Source: Macrostomum lignano (Eukaryota). From it: a stretch of 64,000 nt of DNA. A program made the position numbers and the translations under genes. The notes beneath the pieces are model-generated. The model was not told the origin of the DNA, ran no database searches, and saw only the letters and a program-made list of their open reading frames with translations. The stretch covers positions 372,001 through 436,000 of the forward strand of contig NIVC01000070.1 in the NCBI GenBank assembly GCA_002269645.1. Reading direction: 5' to 3'. Below, piece by piece: positions 1 through 13,800 of this stretch; the stretch's first letter is position 1; each line of letters starts with the position of its first letter.

Positions 1-1133
1 TCGTCAGTTATTCGTGAGACTGCTAAACGCCCGATTTCCCAGGGCAAATCTTTCAAGATTTCAACGCGATTGTTGAGTGGACAGACTGTAACTTGACAGA
101 GCTGAACGGAACAATTTGAGAAACTTAGCTGGAAATTTGTGTTCACACACACGTTAAGTCAAATAGTTAGGCAGTAGCCGTGAGCACTACAATAAAAATA
201 CTCACAGCCATACAGTCACGAAAGAGCAGATTATTTCATGCATTCAGACCAGATTTTGGGCGCTAAAAATGAGCAAGAAAATTAATGCAAAATGCAAGGA
301 GCAAAAATCAATACAGATACTGCTACTTAGGAAATTATTTCCCCATATATTCCAACATGCTCTGTTCCCAGATTGTACCCTATAAGATTATAGCTTTACT
401 TTAAAGCCCCTCTGCATGCATGCAAACTACACAGCCTTATGGATCTAAAATTAGTGAAGTATCAGCTTTAAAAATGCAAATTAATACTCGAGGTCTCTGG
501 GCTATCTATCCTAATCTAATGGAGCAGTCGCGACTACGATCTCGTCCAAATAGCCAAGCTAAGCAAGCCTTTCCTGCGAGCAGTATTGCTAGCCAGTGGC
601 CCTATCGATTCCAGGGGTCACTGCCGGCAGCTGGCTTGTATCGGCTGCTTGATGCCTGCCTCCACTTGGATCTCTGAAGTGCGCCGGAATCAATTCTATT
701 CAGGACGATATAAAAATAATGCAAGAGCCGAGTTCTCGGACCGCACGGCATGGCCAATGAAGCCAATGGCTCTCAGGAGGAGAGATAAGAGAATACATTT
801 AGACATACGAGGGCGCACTCGCCAGGCCTACTGGGAGATGGGAGAAACAGATGAGATAAAGCGAACCCGACCCTCTTGACTTGAGCATGTTGCAGTCTTA
901 TTGAGTCAAGTAGTTTTTGTTGCATGATATCCACTCTCTCGAGCGTCTCCCTGACCATATTTCTTAATTTCATAAAGCTACAAAAAGTGCTGCTTAACCT
1001 ACATGCATGTCGATATTCATTAGAAGAAACTACTTATAATATATGATAAATTGGGTTGAAACTATGCTATTACCGATTTTGATACAAGATTATGAACTAG
1101 CATTAGTATAAGCGTATTACCGTATGAATAAAT

Positions 1134-1360
1134 TCCAATGAACCCAATTAACTATCTATTGAGCAATTACCAATGAGCCCGATTGACTATCTATTGAGCA
1201 ATTAATTACCAATGAGCCCGATTGACTATCTATTGAGCAATTAATTACCAATGAGCCCGATTGACTATCTATTGAGCAATTAATTACTAATGAGCCCGAT
1301 TGACTATCTATTGAGCAATTACCAATGAGCCCGATTGACTATCTATTGAGCAATTACCAA
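1134..1360. repeat. Minisatellite, ~39-bp unit (CAATGAGCCCGATTGACTATCTATTGAGCAATTAATTAC), ~6 copies, some lacking a 4-nt TAAT
   Basis: Unit starts seen at 1171 and 1210 (39-bp period), repeated to ~1360. Confidence 0.9.
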
Positions 1361-4300
1361 CTTCTCATGAGCCTTTGGCAATCTCTTCGAGACCCTAGGG
1401 CATCGAGAATTTTAAATTTCTTGTACGAATTTCTCAACTTCCTTAATAAGTACAGCAACACGCTATTAGCGAGAAAAAAAAATTATACCAGAATGCCTTC
1501 ATGAATTCGCATAAATTAAAAAGGAAAAAACTATTTTGTAGACGAAAACAAATTTTTTTTAAATGTATATGTTTAAAAATCGATAAAAAATCTTAGCTAT
1601 AAAAAACTGTTTTCTATGACATAAGTACCGTTCTCTTAGAACGTTGCAAATGCAAAACTTTGTGCAATATATACTCGTATTTTTTAATTTTTCGCATTAA
1701 GCAATTCAACTCTAGCTACAGCGGAATATTCAGACAATTTTAGTAGTGGCATCGGACGACAACCAATAGTTTTTTATACGCAGCTGCATATTCAACTATC
1801 TTAGTTAGTTCTGATTCTGGCTCGAAATTACGTGAAGTACGAGCATTTAAATCATAAGATAAATTTCTAGTTTAACGAAACCACTTCTAGGAAGCCTTCT
1901 AGGAACTTCTTCCCATATTTAAATAAGATTAGCTATTCAAGGTGTGCCCAGAACCGGCAAAAATAATACTGAACTAAACTAATGCAGACATCAATTTAAT
2001 AGCGGAAATTATTCGTTTTTAATTTTTTTTTATTATCAGCTTGAAAAACTGATTTTAATAAGCGGCACACTTACTAACAACTTGTGAAATCAGTAGCTAG
2101 CATAAGTACGAGTCTATGGATTGTATGCGAATTCATTTAGGCAAAGTGACTAACTAGCACAGGTAAAGATTGTATTTTAACCTATTTATAGGTTATTAAT
2201 ATATAATATAATATAGGTTATATTATTTTACCTAAAACATCTATCTTAATAAACTATACGCCTAACAATTACTAAATTCTGTGAACAAGCTTTCAAACAT
2301 AAAAGTGAGCGATTGTAGTATTGGCGTTGTGAAGTTAACTTTAGCGTGTGACGTTTACCAGCAAAGCGATGCAAAAATGTATTCGTCACGTATTTACACA
2401 AGTGAACAAGCCGCGGGACATTTTAGAGAGGTGTTTAGTTCTAGTTGCAGTAAAATTTAAAATTTGTAGGTTTTTTGAGAACGCGCCGTATTCCTTCATT
2501 ACCAGATATCGAGCTCAACCTATACTACAGCGAATATATGTAACAGCTACACCTCCTGCTCAGCATAGGGGTCGTCCACGTACTCGCACTAGCTAAAGCC
2601 GGTTGGAAATATGAATAATTAATGAGCTTGTACGTAGCAATCGGCGGTAGTTGGGAAACGCAGGACTCATTAGTGAGGTTTAGATGGCCCAGTGCGAGCT
2701 GCACTATAAACCTTGGCTCTAAGCAGTAAAAATTCAGGAGAGAAAATTCGATTAGTAACTTTTATCGCGTTGCAGTCTGTGCAGACAAACCAATATTTTT
2801 CAATCTCTTCTAGGGACGGTTTCCCTCTTATAGCGTAAGTATATCGAAAAGTAGCCTATTCCCTATGTACTGCTGTAGTAAATATGGTTTTATTGCTGAC
2901 TTGCTCTACAAACTGAAGAGCTCACATTATTCAAAATATATATACGCGTACAATGTTGTTAAAAAGCTCGATTTGCTTGTTTTTTATGTTAAATTTTAAC
3001 AGGATATAGCTAGATTTTATCTAAGAAAAATTTACTTTTTGCTTTGCCGAATAGTCTAATCTTAATTTTTTGCAGTTTTTTTTGTCGACCGACTAAAATC
3101 TTCAAAAACATTTAGCTGGCTGAATAAGCTGTTTTGATCAATTAAAATTGAATCGGTATTTGTAGTAGCTGCAGAAATTTCCTAATATTACTACGGATTT
3201 CAATAAATTTAAACAAAGATGATTCCAACTATTCCAACAGAAATGCATTGACGAAATGCCAATGATGAGGAACCAGTAAATAGAATGAATTGGCTAGCTG
3301 TTGCAGTCAATCATTCATAGTGCGTATCTACTCAGCTGTATTTGGAAACAGACGGAGGACAAAGAGAGCTACACAATGACTGATAGAAGGCAGGCAAACA
3401 AGCAAATGTAACCTCTCCTTTATTGCGAGACGTCAGTTTTACAATCAGTTGAATTGTCGACGGTAAAAAGCTTCTCTTAGATAGATCGCAGCTATAAACT
3501 GAAGCGCTCGCACCCAACCAGCGCTAAAAGGATGTTAATTTTAGAACAATGAAATCCTATGGCTATAGAGCCCCTACGGACTGTTTCAAGTCAAATTCAG
3601 TGAACAAGAGACAGCTAAGCTACAAGTAGATTTCCCCCTAAATCTTACTGAGAACTATACAAGTGTCACACTCCAATCAGGCCAATGCAGAGAGTGCTAT
3701 AAGAACAAGATTCCGCAAGTGCCGCATTGTAACTACACTTAGCTATTTCTGTGTGAAAGTGCCACAAAATTAACTCGCTCGCAATGCTCCCGAGCTGCAC
3801 AAAAGCTGAAGGTTTCCCGTAGCCACTTGTGCAAAGCGAACCTCTGAGAACCTGACCAGCTGGTGGTTGCGGACGTCAGGAAAAGCATCATTCAAGTTTG
3901 CTCCGTGCTTGACTATAACTAACAGCTCACAGTAAAGTAGTGATGGAATTCTAAGCCCGCCCCAAGCTGTGCTATATGAAGTGTACTGCCCCGATTGGTA
4001 ATATGATAGAAAACCCACAAAAACTGGATCCCAACACACACTGGTGAAGCGACTCGTGATATATGAAGTTGGTATACTACGAGTGTACGTTTTTATTATA
4101 ATTCCAAGTGGTATATAGAAGGGAATCTATCAAACTGTAAGACGCGTCCAAATGCGCTTATGCTCCCAATATAGGCGATCCAATATCGTAATCATTCGAT
4201 GGCTCAGGATATTTCTGTACTGATATCAAGGCAAACTTATGCGTGGTAAAAAATGACTATTTTGTTCTTGATTTACATAAAGTTCTTATCCATAATACTT

Positions 4301-5494
4301 TGCAGGTAAGAATATTACTCGTACCAATCAATCAAGCACACCAAGCTTAATTCCTATAAGTCTAGACAGACTTATAAGATTAAAAGGTCAGAAATATGTT
4401 TTGCTTTGTCATTTTTTTAATCTCATAGAACAGTTTTTTACATGATACCTGGCTTCAGAAGAAAAATTGCAGGCTTCTAGTAGCTAGCTATATAGTCAGA
4501 CGATTACGAGGCATATATGGTATTTCAGCTGCATGCAACAGCTACGAACTACTAGCTAATGCGATCGACAAAAGATGGGATAGTATCAGGTGATGAAACA
4601 GAAGCAGCTGTTTTTAAAATCGACAAAAATGATGCGAACACCCTTCCTAAGCTTGTCTTTGACTTCTTGCACTAAAGTTGCTTTAGCTCCACTCTGTCTG
4701 TCTATCCTGCAGTTGGCAAGGTGAAACACGAAGACCTCCCATGGATTAGCCTTTCAACCGCGACGTGAAAACCTTCCTCAGACACGACTATTTCGATGAC
4801 CGAAAAAAGGTGTGTCCCCGAAGTTGAGGCGCATGTTAGGACGACCTTCGCTAATGGGTTGCCTGGAAAGTTCAGTGCCAGAAAAAATCTTTGCAAGCGC
4901 GGCATTTTCCATTTCTTTTGCTTTCTTCGCGTCGCTACTACGTCAGAAAATTGCGCCCGCCATAGTGCCAGAAGCTGCAGCGCTTAGGCAATAAAAACTT
5001 TGAAAACTATAAAGCGCCGTGGAAGCAACATTTCTGCAACCACTACTAGCAGGATGTGCTGCCGTAGATGAGATTGGCGCGACTAGCTTTTGCCTAGGAC
5101 TACTTGGTCCAATTTCACTTAAAAATGTTTTTTCACCAGTTTGACAACTTTTCTCTTTTTGAACTTTAGCATGCTCTTTTTATCAGATAACGGATACTCT
5201 AATGTTACTGATACATAAGCAGACAACCTCTCTCACACAATCCATACAGCGGCCCTAATAACTTTCTCATTGTCAGGCAGTGTACACATTCTGGGTCTCG
5301 AGTGATTGGCCCTAGTGAACGATGAGTGTACAAGCAAAACAATTTTTAATGCAGCGAGTACAGCGAGCCCCAAACAATGGACGTCGCTGGCAAATGGGTA
5401 TTTTCAACGACATGCGCCGGGCAAGATTCAAGGCAATCTACAAAGATCCAGTTGGCAGCAATGTCAGCCAACTTCAAGGGGTTTGACGCTAAGC

Positions 5495-5805
5495 GCTAAC
5501 CACTGTCAAATCGTCGGACTCACGACTTGAAGGTCGGGGGTTCGATTCCCGATCCCACTGGAACAGTTTGTGTCCTTGAACAAGACACTTAACTCTGCAT
5601 TGCTTCAGTTCAACCACCTTTAAAATAGGTGCCAGCATTAGCCGGGGTAATTGAGGGTGTGTGTGGCGACCCCCCAGTCCTTGGACTCAATAGCCGTATG
5701 CAGCCTTCAGATACGCCGTGCAATAGCTACGGCTGAGCTGTTGGTTGCACATCTGCGCATTAGAGCAGGTGTAATCAATTATTATTGTTATAGCTATTAT
5801 TTAGC
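5495..5805 (+). mobile_element. tRNA-derived SINE with CORE-like central domain
   Basis: Pol III B-box GGTTCGATTCC at 5539-5549. It is followed by TGTGTCCTTGAACAAGACACTTAACTC..CTTCAGTT..AAAATAGG, resembling the MIR/CORE-SINE core (TGTGACCTTGGGCAAGTCACTTAACCTC..CTCAGTTT..AAAATGGG), then an (ATT)n-like tail at ~5778-5802. Confidence 0.75.
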
Positions 5806-6475
5806 CGTTGAGCAATTCAAATTTGATGCAAATTTGAATTTACCGGGGAGGGGACCATCTGCGGAAGCCGTTAAGCAAAAAGTACTAGTAAAATGTTTTG
5901 GAAATAGAAAAAGCTATTATTCTTCTGGGTTCTTTCTATTGCCAGTCTTCAATATACATGCATTCTTTTTCAGAACGAAAATGACCATAAACTTGTTAAA
6001 CCACATCGTATCAAACTCTTACTCGTATTATCTTCAAAATTCCAGAAGTTGATAAAACTTTTAATTATTTTATCTTCGTATCATCCGACGACAAAAGCAT
6101 TCTAGAAGGCGACAAACCTTCGGGAATTATAATTCCAAATGAAAAAGGTATAGTGTTTTTCGTTCAACGTGCACTCACAAGTTTATCAAGCTACTATTGT
6201 TGTGAATTGTTACCGGAGACAGGCAAACAAGCAAAGTTCCGATAGAATTTCAGCTTCTGGATCCTTAGTGCATTCTTTCTACACAAGTTTTTCTAGCGCT
6301 TACACTCTGCCCAAGTCTATGGCCAAACCCTATAAAGCAATATGGTAAAGAAGCAATCTTTGCAATATAGGTTTAGAAAACACAACTGTGCTTTAGGCGC
6401 GGCTCTCTTCAATAATTTGTTAATGTTGTACTGTTAAAATTTGTTCAAATTGTCAATGGGGGGTCAATTCCCCTC

Positions 6476-6745
6476 ACCTTCCGCTGACTCTCCTGAGCAG
6501 GCACACAAGCGCGCGGATACGTACGCAGTCATACGCACAGGCACACACTCACACAGGAGTGCACAGCGGCCCTGGCTTTATTTATCGTTAGGCATGTAAA
6601 CTTCCCTGTGCCTCAAGGGGGTTGGCACTCAAGGGCGTTAATTGCACGAGCAGAGCCAAGCCGAGATCCCAATTTAGCCCCAAATTAATGTGACTGCACT
6701 GGGAATCGAGCCTGGGCCGCTAGACCACTGGGCTACGGCCCTCTT
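6476..6745 (-). mobile_element. tRNA-derived SINE, second type, copy A (partial, deletion in head)
   Basis: Clearly alignable by eye to 27240-27520 over ~270 bp (e.g. TTAATTGCACGAGCAGAGCCAAG and GGAATCGAGCCTGGGCCGCT in both). The minus strand has a B-box-like GGCTCGATTCC. Confidence 0.75.
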
Positions 6746-8049
6746 GCACACGACCAGACTGCCAGCCTTTCCAAGACAACTATTGCTACATATGGAGTAA
6801 CTAAAATACACATGCAGCTAAGACTACGTCAGCTCACAGGGTGAAGAAAGTGCTAGTATAAATCTAAAAAGCGAGAAAACAAGACTAGACAAGATGCCGA
6901 TTTGTTCAGCTTTCGAGGTCACACTCGGCCGGCTCTTCCTGCCGGCAGCATGCGGGAGCTCCGATAATTTGTGTTGACACTGGGGCTGGCCTGGCAGGAT
7001 CCCGGAGGTAACAAGGGGACACGCCATGCATGGCAAAAACCAAATTGGGAGCGGTTAATTGCATTAGCAGGCTGGCTGCTGGGCCTTAGTCCACCGACAT
7101 CAAGTCTTTGGCCTCCGATGCTTCCTTCCTTCTTCATCCCCACTGATAATTTTGGTGCTTTCAATACTTTGAAGAGGCGAATAGAAGTGAGGTTAAATAG
7201 CCGTAGGTCATGAATGTTCAGCGGGAAATGGAGGCTCATGCATCGCTTCTCCACTGGTCAAGAAGTACGCGTGGATCATGCAAGGTTCACTGCACTGCAC
7301 TGCCGCAAAAAATCAAATAAAAACTAATAATAAAATAATAAAAATTATGGACATGTAGTTTGCGCCTTCCCACTAGAACATAATATATTAGGGGTATTTT
7401 TGCACAAATTTTGTGTCAAGACATTTTTTTATAAATAGCCACCTCGAGAGTTCAGCGCTTGTTTTCATCTTTTTGCACCTCGATTTTGTTTATTTCATTA
7501 CGGAAGGGAATTATAAATAAATTCCTTGACACCACCTCCAGCATCTTTCAAGGTACAAACGAAACCTCAAAGGAAAGCTACATCAGGTAAACTGTACAAT
7601 ATTATTAGCAAGTTGGTTATATTTTGATTGACGAAATAACGCGCTGCAGAACTCATACAGTTCAAATGACGATGCACTGCGGTAGATAAAATTTCACCCA
7701 GGGTTATGGATAAAGAGTTAACGGCAGACTCTACTATGACCGGAAGTTAATGTTATGTTAATGTTAATGTGTTGTTCATGTAGCAACTGGGCAATAAAAC
7801 ATGAAAAGAAGTCCTTCTCTTTAGAACATGTAGAAACAGCGTAACAGTGTCCCTATTGGCATCCAAATCCGATGTACTTTATTACAGTTGTAATATCCGC
7901 CATCAGCATTACGAGTGATCCCAGAAAACTCTACAAGACACAAGTGCTCAAGAGGCGATGGCGATGCGGTAGGAAACCAGTGCAACAGTCAACACGCAGC
8001 AAGTCGCAAGCAAGAACCAGCAGCAACAGGCTGTTTGCTGGCAGTCAAT

Positions 8050-9069
8050 TCAAATTACGCCGCTGTCAACGAAGTCATCGAGTTCGCGACACAGCTGAGT
8101 GAAGGCGGTGTGTAGACTGCAGTTTGCCGAAGCCTGCAAGAGGTGGTGATGCGAGAAAATGAAGTTCACCAACATGCCAGACCTTGTACCTGCCCTGGAG
8201 ACACTGTGAGCAAGGTTGGTCGGGAGAGGAAGACTGTGGTGGGGCAAATGAAGAACTAGTAGGTAGATAGGTAGATTAGAGGACTGGTAGGTAGATTGAA
8301 GGACTGGTAAGTAGATTAGAGGACTGGTAGGTAGATTAGAGGACTGGTAGGTAGATTGAAGAACTGGTAGGGAGATTACAAGACTAATAGGGAGATTGAA
8401 GGACTGGTAGGGAGATTACAAGACTAATAGGGAGATTGAAGGACTGGTAGGGAGATTGGAGGACTGGTAGCGAGAGGAATGATACAGTGGGGGCATAAAC
8501 AAAAACAGAGCAGTGAATGTTAAAGAAACAAAAGCGACAAACGCAGGCACGGTGGCACTGAACAAACAAAATCCCACAAACCTGGAACATGGCGTCAAGA
8601 ACCTCCGGCCTACAGAAGAACTCAAAGACCAGTTCTAATAGGGCTTGAGACTTCTCAGTGAGATGCGAACCCAGCATAGATCTCAGCAGCCGGTGACAGG
8701 CTTCCAACTGGTCGAGCAGGAAACACCGATCGTAAGTGTACTCAATCCGGTGGAAACTGCTCACAGACATGATCAGATTGCGAAACCTCAGCCGCAATTG
8801 GCGTCCACAATCTACCGACTCTTCGTCTCTGCTAAACTGCTCCTGACGGGCCAGCAAGCCAATTTTAACAACCAGCTTGATAACACTTTTAGTGACTTTC
8901 TCCGCCTCTCTGCGACTAGAAGCAACCAGCAGCAAAACTTTGAAGGCTTTGTCCAACAGGTTGTTAGCCCGTTCGTCTAGAATTAATCTGGCCGTTTTGC
9001 GGTTTGAGAGGCCGCTAGCTAGCTTGCGCTGGGCTTTGACCCCGATGGCGGATATGTTGAAGTCGGACA
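8050..9069 (-). CDS. TNFAIP8: TNFAIP8/TIPE family protein; exons 9069-8582 and 8133-8050, first exon not certain (candidate ATGAAAA|GT at 9254-9248)
   Basis: SDFNISAIGVKAQRKLASGLS..EAEKVTKSVIKLVVKIG..SFHRIEYTYDR..HLTEKS matches the TNFAIP8 pattern (FNSKNLAVQAQKK..EAEKIIKNLIK..SFHQVDYTFDR..HLTAKS). The CAG|GTTTGT donor at 8581 and TTGCAG| acceptor at 8134 are both phase 0 and give C-terminus LHTAFTQLCRELDDFVDSGVI*, matching TIPE ends. Confidence 0.9.
8258..8470. repeat. ~20-bp minisatellite (AGGACTGGTAGGTAGATTAG) in the last TNFAIP8 intron
   Basis: About 10 diverged copies seen directly. Confidence 0.85.
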
Positions 9070-11679
9070 CTGCACGGTCAAGTGGAGGGTGGATCAGCAA
9101 GTGAGGTTGGTCCCGTTGATACTTTTATAGTTAGAAAAAGTATTCACTTACTCAATAAAAAGCAGAACTGCAGCAGCGGTGTTGCATTCAATTTAAGATG
9201 ATCTGAAAGCAAATCTTACAAACAGAAAAGCACACTGAAAAAAGTACTTTTCATGCCAAGACGCCAGCCGCTTGCAGACTTGAATTTATGCTCTTCCCTT
9301 GGAAAAAACCTCGCTCAAAGCGTGAAGCTTTGCTGATTTGCAACCAGCAGAGCTACCGGAAGTTAAATGCTGGCAAGTTTCTGGGACCCCTGGTTGAAAG
9401 CAACAGGCTACATTGGTGCAGAAGACACAGATGCGGAAGCGAGAGGCTGCGTGGGTTTTGGGAAGAGGAGCTGAGGTCTAAATCCCAGGCCAAGCGCGAA
9501 ACATTGGCTAGGGAGCGAGAGGAAACCTGCCCAGCCAACCAGGCCAGCCAAGTTCTCCCAAAATGAAAATATCCCTTCCGTTTCATTCCTAAAGAAGTCG
9601 GTTTGCTCAACCAATCGGCAAGGGACAAATGCAAGGCCATACAATTCAGTTCCAGATTCCTGTCCACATTGAAAGCGAAACCAAAGTCAACACAAAAAAT
9701 CAGATAGAGAACCCAGACCAACATTTGATTTATTTTCTTATCTCAATATTCCTAGTGGGACTTGAATAATCAGGTGGTTAAGTAAAACCAGTCAATCAAG
9801 CTAGCTCCATTTGAGCTAGATACAGAGTTCAAAGTTTAGGATTTTCAATTTTTAATATTTAATATTTTAATTTTATCATTGCAACACTCTATATAGATAC
9901 TATTAAATGAGATGATATAAAATATCAGCCAATTAAAAATGGTTTAAGGATACTACTTCTATACTAATAGAGGCTTTATTGATTAAAAAAATAATCGATT
10001 GATGCTACTTTTATTAGTAGCAATATTTGCACATTTTTTAAATAAAATAGTACATTTTAATGAATTCAGATAAAAAATTAGAAGTGGCTAAATCACTTTG
10101 ACCTAGAATTTTATTAGTGATATAATTTTGTAATAGCTATTGTTTAGCTATTTTTAGTTATTAACTAAAATTTTAGCTATTTTTGCATTTGACTGTGATA
10201 TTAGAGAAGCATTATAAGATTTATATTTTTATTGGTAAGGCACTAAGAAATATAGAAAAAACAAATAAATTGTACAAACTATTTCTATATACATAGTTTT
10301 TTTGTATAGTATACTATGTCAAGGTTTAGTAATACTATAGTACTTTAGATTTGCAAGCCTAGAACCTTGAAAAATGAATAAATATTTAATACATTATATA
10401 AGTCATGAAAATGCAACTAGTGAACTATTTGAAATATCAGAACTAGAAATTAAAAAATCTAAAATATAGCAAAAAATAATTTCTCTTAATAATAATAATA
10501 AATGCTCATGATAAAACAATATAGACAAAATATCATTTGTAATAAGGTTTTATTGAAGTAGTTGTCAATAACTTTCATTAGAACTAGGTCTAACTTTTTA
10601 TGACTCTACTAAACATATCTATTAAAATAATTAAAATATCTATAACAATTCACTATTAAATACGTTAAATACAATACTTTCAAAAGATGTATAGATTTGA
10701 TCTCTAGATAGCTGTCAACACTAACAGCTTGGATTTGTATAATTTTTTAGTTTATAATTTCACAATAATATATAGAAATGCAAACAAAGCAAGGGATTTG
10801 GAAATTAAATGATAATAGCTCTAATGTCTTGAAAATCTAATATAATGTCAAATCTAGTATATTTTTATTAGCAAAAGCAAAGAAAATCAACTACTGAAAT
10901 GTTCTAAAGTAGCTTAAAACATTTTCACAATCACAATGTATACAATAGTATCTGTATGAACAATATTACTATTAGAGTTGTTAGAACTAAAAAGAATAGC
11001 AAACCTTTCTAAGCCATCGGGTGGAACTCAGGTGACCGAAAGAAAGTCAGCTTCATCAGCCAAAAACAAGGCATGGAAGTGTTAATTGTATCTGAGACAG
11101 ACATGTGTGCTAGAAGACGAGACGAGGGCAATGCTTTGCAATTTACGCGCTGCTTTTAACATCATGGCATTTGTTTCTTATCTATTTCTTGTATTACTAG
11201 TGGTTTGAATAATTTTCTATTTAAAACAAATAAAACCGTTTAATTTCATGTTTAGATTCGTACTGCAACTCTAAACACTTAATTTATTGCATTAAGCATA
11301 ACATTAAAGAAATATATAACAACTATTTTATTTTAGTAACAACACTTTGAGTGATAGAACAAATTTTAACATGTGCATATTCTAATTTTTTTAAGTTTGA
11401 CACGCGCTGCGCTAGCAATGTCCCATGAATATTTTTAGCAGATCTTAGCAGAGCCAAAAACTCATTGGCTCTGTGTATCAGACTATAATATTTTTAAAAC
11501 TTGTACAAAATAATGTTGTTTTTGATAACAGAGGAATACTTGATTCAGAAGCTAGGCTATGCGTTCGTTGTGATTTTATCCTAGTTCGTTTTGTCATTGT
11601 CATGTTGATTGAATGACAAATAACACCAAGATCATGATAAAATACTGTTAAATACCCTATCCTACGTACGTAAGTCATC

Positions 11680-11702
11680 GGAACCTGTAGCAACTTAGCA
11701 AC
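11680..11702 (+). promoter_or_regulatory. Possible RFX/X-box half-sites upstream of IFT70
   Basis: GTAGCAAC and TTAGCAAC in tandem ~280 bp upstream of the IFT70 ATG. RGYAAC is the RFX half-site typical of ciliary gene promoters. This is not a full palindromic X-box. Confidence 0.3.
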
Positions 11703-11977
11703 TCGATGACCTCAAATATTGAGATTTATTAAAATCGAAATTTTTATGCCTAATTATTACAACACAATTCAAATGTTTGTTTTTTGTAGGTAAGATTAAT
11801 AAAAATATACAAGTTCTTTCGTGCTAGTGGCCAGTGCCATACGCCTCATTTCGTTAGTTTTTACTATTGAATTGATATGTGAACAGATTTTTGTGAAAAT
11901 GTTTTTCATTTTCAATTAACTGTCAATTAGCTAGCCAAGTTAGTCATTTGAAAATTGTCACATTGCAGTTGAACACC

Positions 11978-13470
11978 ATGACTCACAACATAAAAGAGGG
12001 CCAGTTTACCTCCACAATATACGGCATGATCAAGGAGCACCGCTACAAGGAGGCCGTTGGTGCTCTAAACCACCAGCTGACCACTCATCCGGACTCGAGG
12101 GCAGCTCTGTCGCTCCTCGGCTACTGCTTCTACCAGATGCAGGACTTCGTTTCCGCTAGCGATTCGTACGAGAGGCTGGCTCAGCTTTGCCCGGAGTCGC
12201 CAGAGTACCAGCTGTACTTTGCGCAGAGTCTCTACCAGGCTGGACTGTTTCAACAGGCGATTAAGGTGTGGAAGTGCTTTCTTTACTCGTAGAATAGCGT
12301 GTTTTATAAAAAGGCTAGATGCTCAAAGCTGCAGAACCCGACACCTAAATCAATAACACCTGACACCTGAATCAGTAACACCTGACACCTAAATCAGTAA
12401 CACCTGACACCTAAATCAGTAACACCTGACACCTAAATCAGTAACACCTGACACCTAAATCAATAACACCTGACACCTAAATCAATAACACCTGACACCT
12501 AAATCAATAACACCTGACACCTGAATCAGTAACACCTGACACCTAAATCAGTAACACCTGACACCTAAATCAGTAACACCTGACACCTAAATCAGTAACA
12601 CCCGACACCTAAATCAGTAACACCTGACACCTAAATCAGTAACACCTGACACCTAAATTAGTAACACCTGACACCTGGAATCAGTAACACCTGACACCCA
12701 AATTAGTAACACCTGACACCAACACCAGACACCCTAATTGGCAACACCTGACACCTAATTGGCAACACCTGACACCCTAATTGGAAACACCTGACACCCT
12801 AATTGGCAACACCTGACACCCTAATTGGCAACACCTGACACCTAATTGGCAACACCTGACACCCTAATTGGAAACACCTGACACCCTAATTGGCAACACC
12901 TGACACCCTAATTGGCAACACAGGACAGCACCTGACACCCAAATTAGTACCATTTGTACATCTGACACTGAAATCGACAAAAGCTGACGCCCGAATCCGT
13001 AGCTCGTGACGCCCCAACAGTTTGACACCTCAATAATCCCGTCAGGTCGTGGCCCAAATCGAGAACCCGGCCTACCGAAGCCAGATGCTCAAACTCGAGG
13101 CGGCAATCAAATTCGGCGAAGAAGATTTCGCCGGCTCCCGAGCTCTAGTCGATCAGTGCCCGAAGGACGACCCGGACACCCTGATCAACATTGGCTGCCT
13201 GCTGTACAAGGAGGGCAAATACCAAGAGGCCTGCGCCAAGTTCACTCAAGCCATGCAGGTTGTGAGCTTCCGGCCGGACCTGGCTTACAACATCGCCATC
13301 TGCCACTACCAGATGCGGCAATACGCCCAGGCATTGAAGTTCATCGCAGATGTCATCGAGAAAGGCATCCGGGATCATCCGGAGCTCGGCGTTGGCATGA
13401 CTACGGAGGGAATCGAGGTGGGAGTGATTTCATCGAATAATATTTATCATTAGAACTAACTAACTGACTG

Positions 13471-13506
<36 letters not shown>

Positions 13507-13507
13507 G

Positions 13508-13593
<86 letters not shown>

Positions 13594-13710
13594 TAGTAAC
13601 TAACTAACTAACTGACTAACTAACTAACTAACTAACTGACTAACTAACTAACTAACCAACTAACTAACTAACTAACTAACTGACTAACTGACTAACTGAC
13701 TAACTAACTG

Positions 13711-13800
<90 letters not shown>

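Noticed and set aside
520-4994. Short ORFs at 773-973, 3770-4039 and 4702-4994 as exons of an unknown gene
   Set aside because: No recognisable motifs, and I could not build a phase-consistent exon chain.
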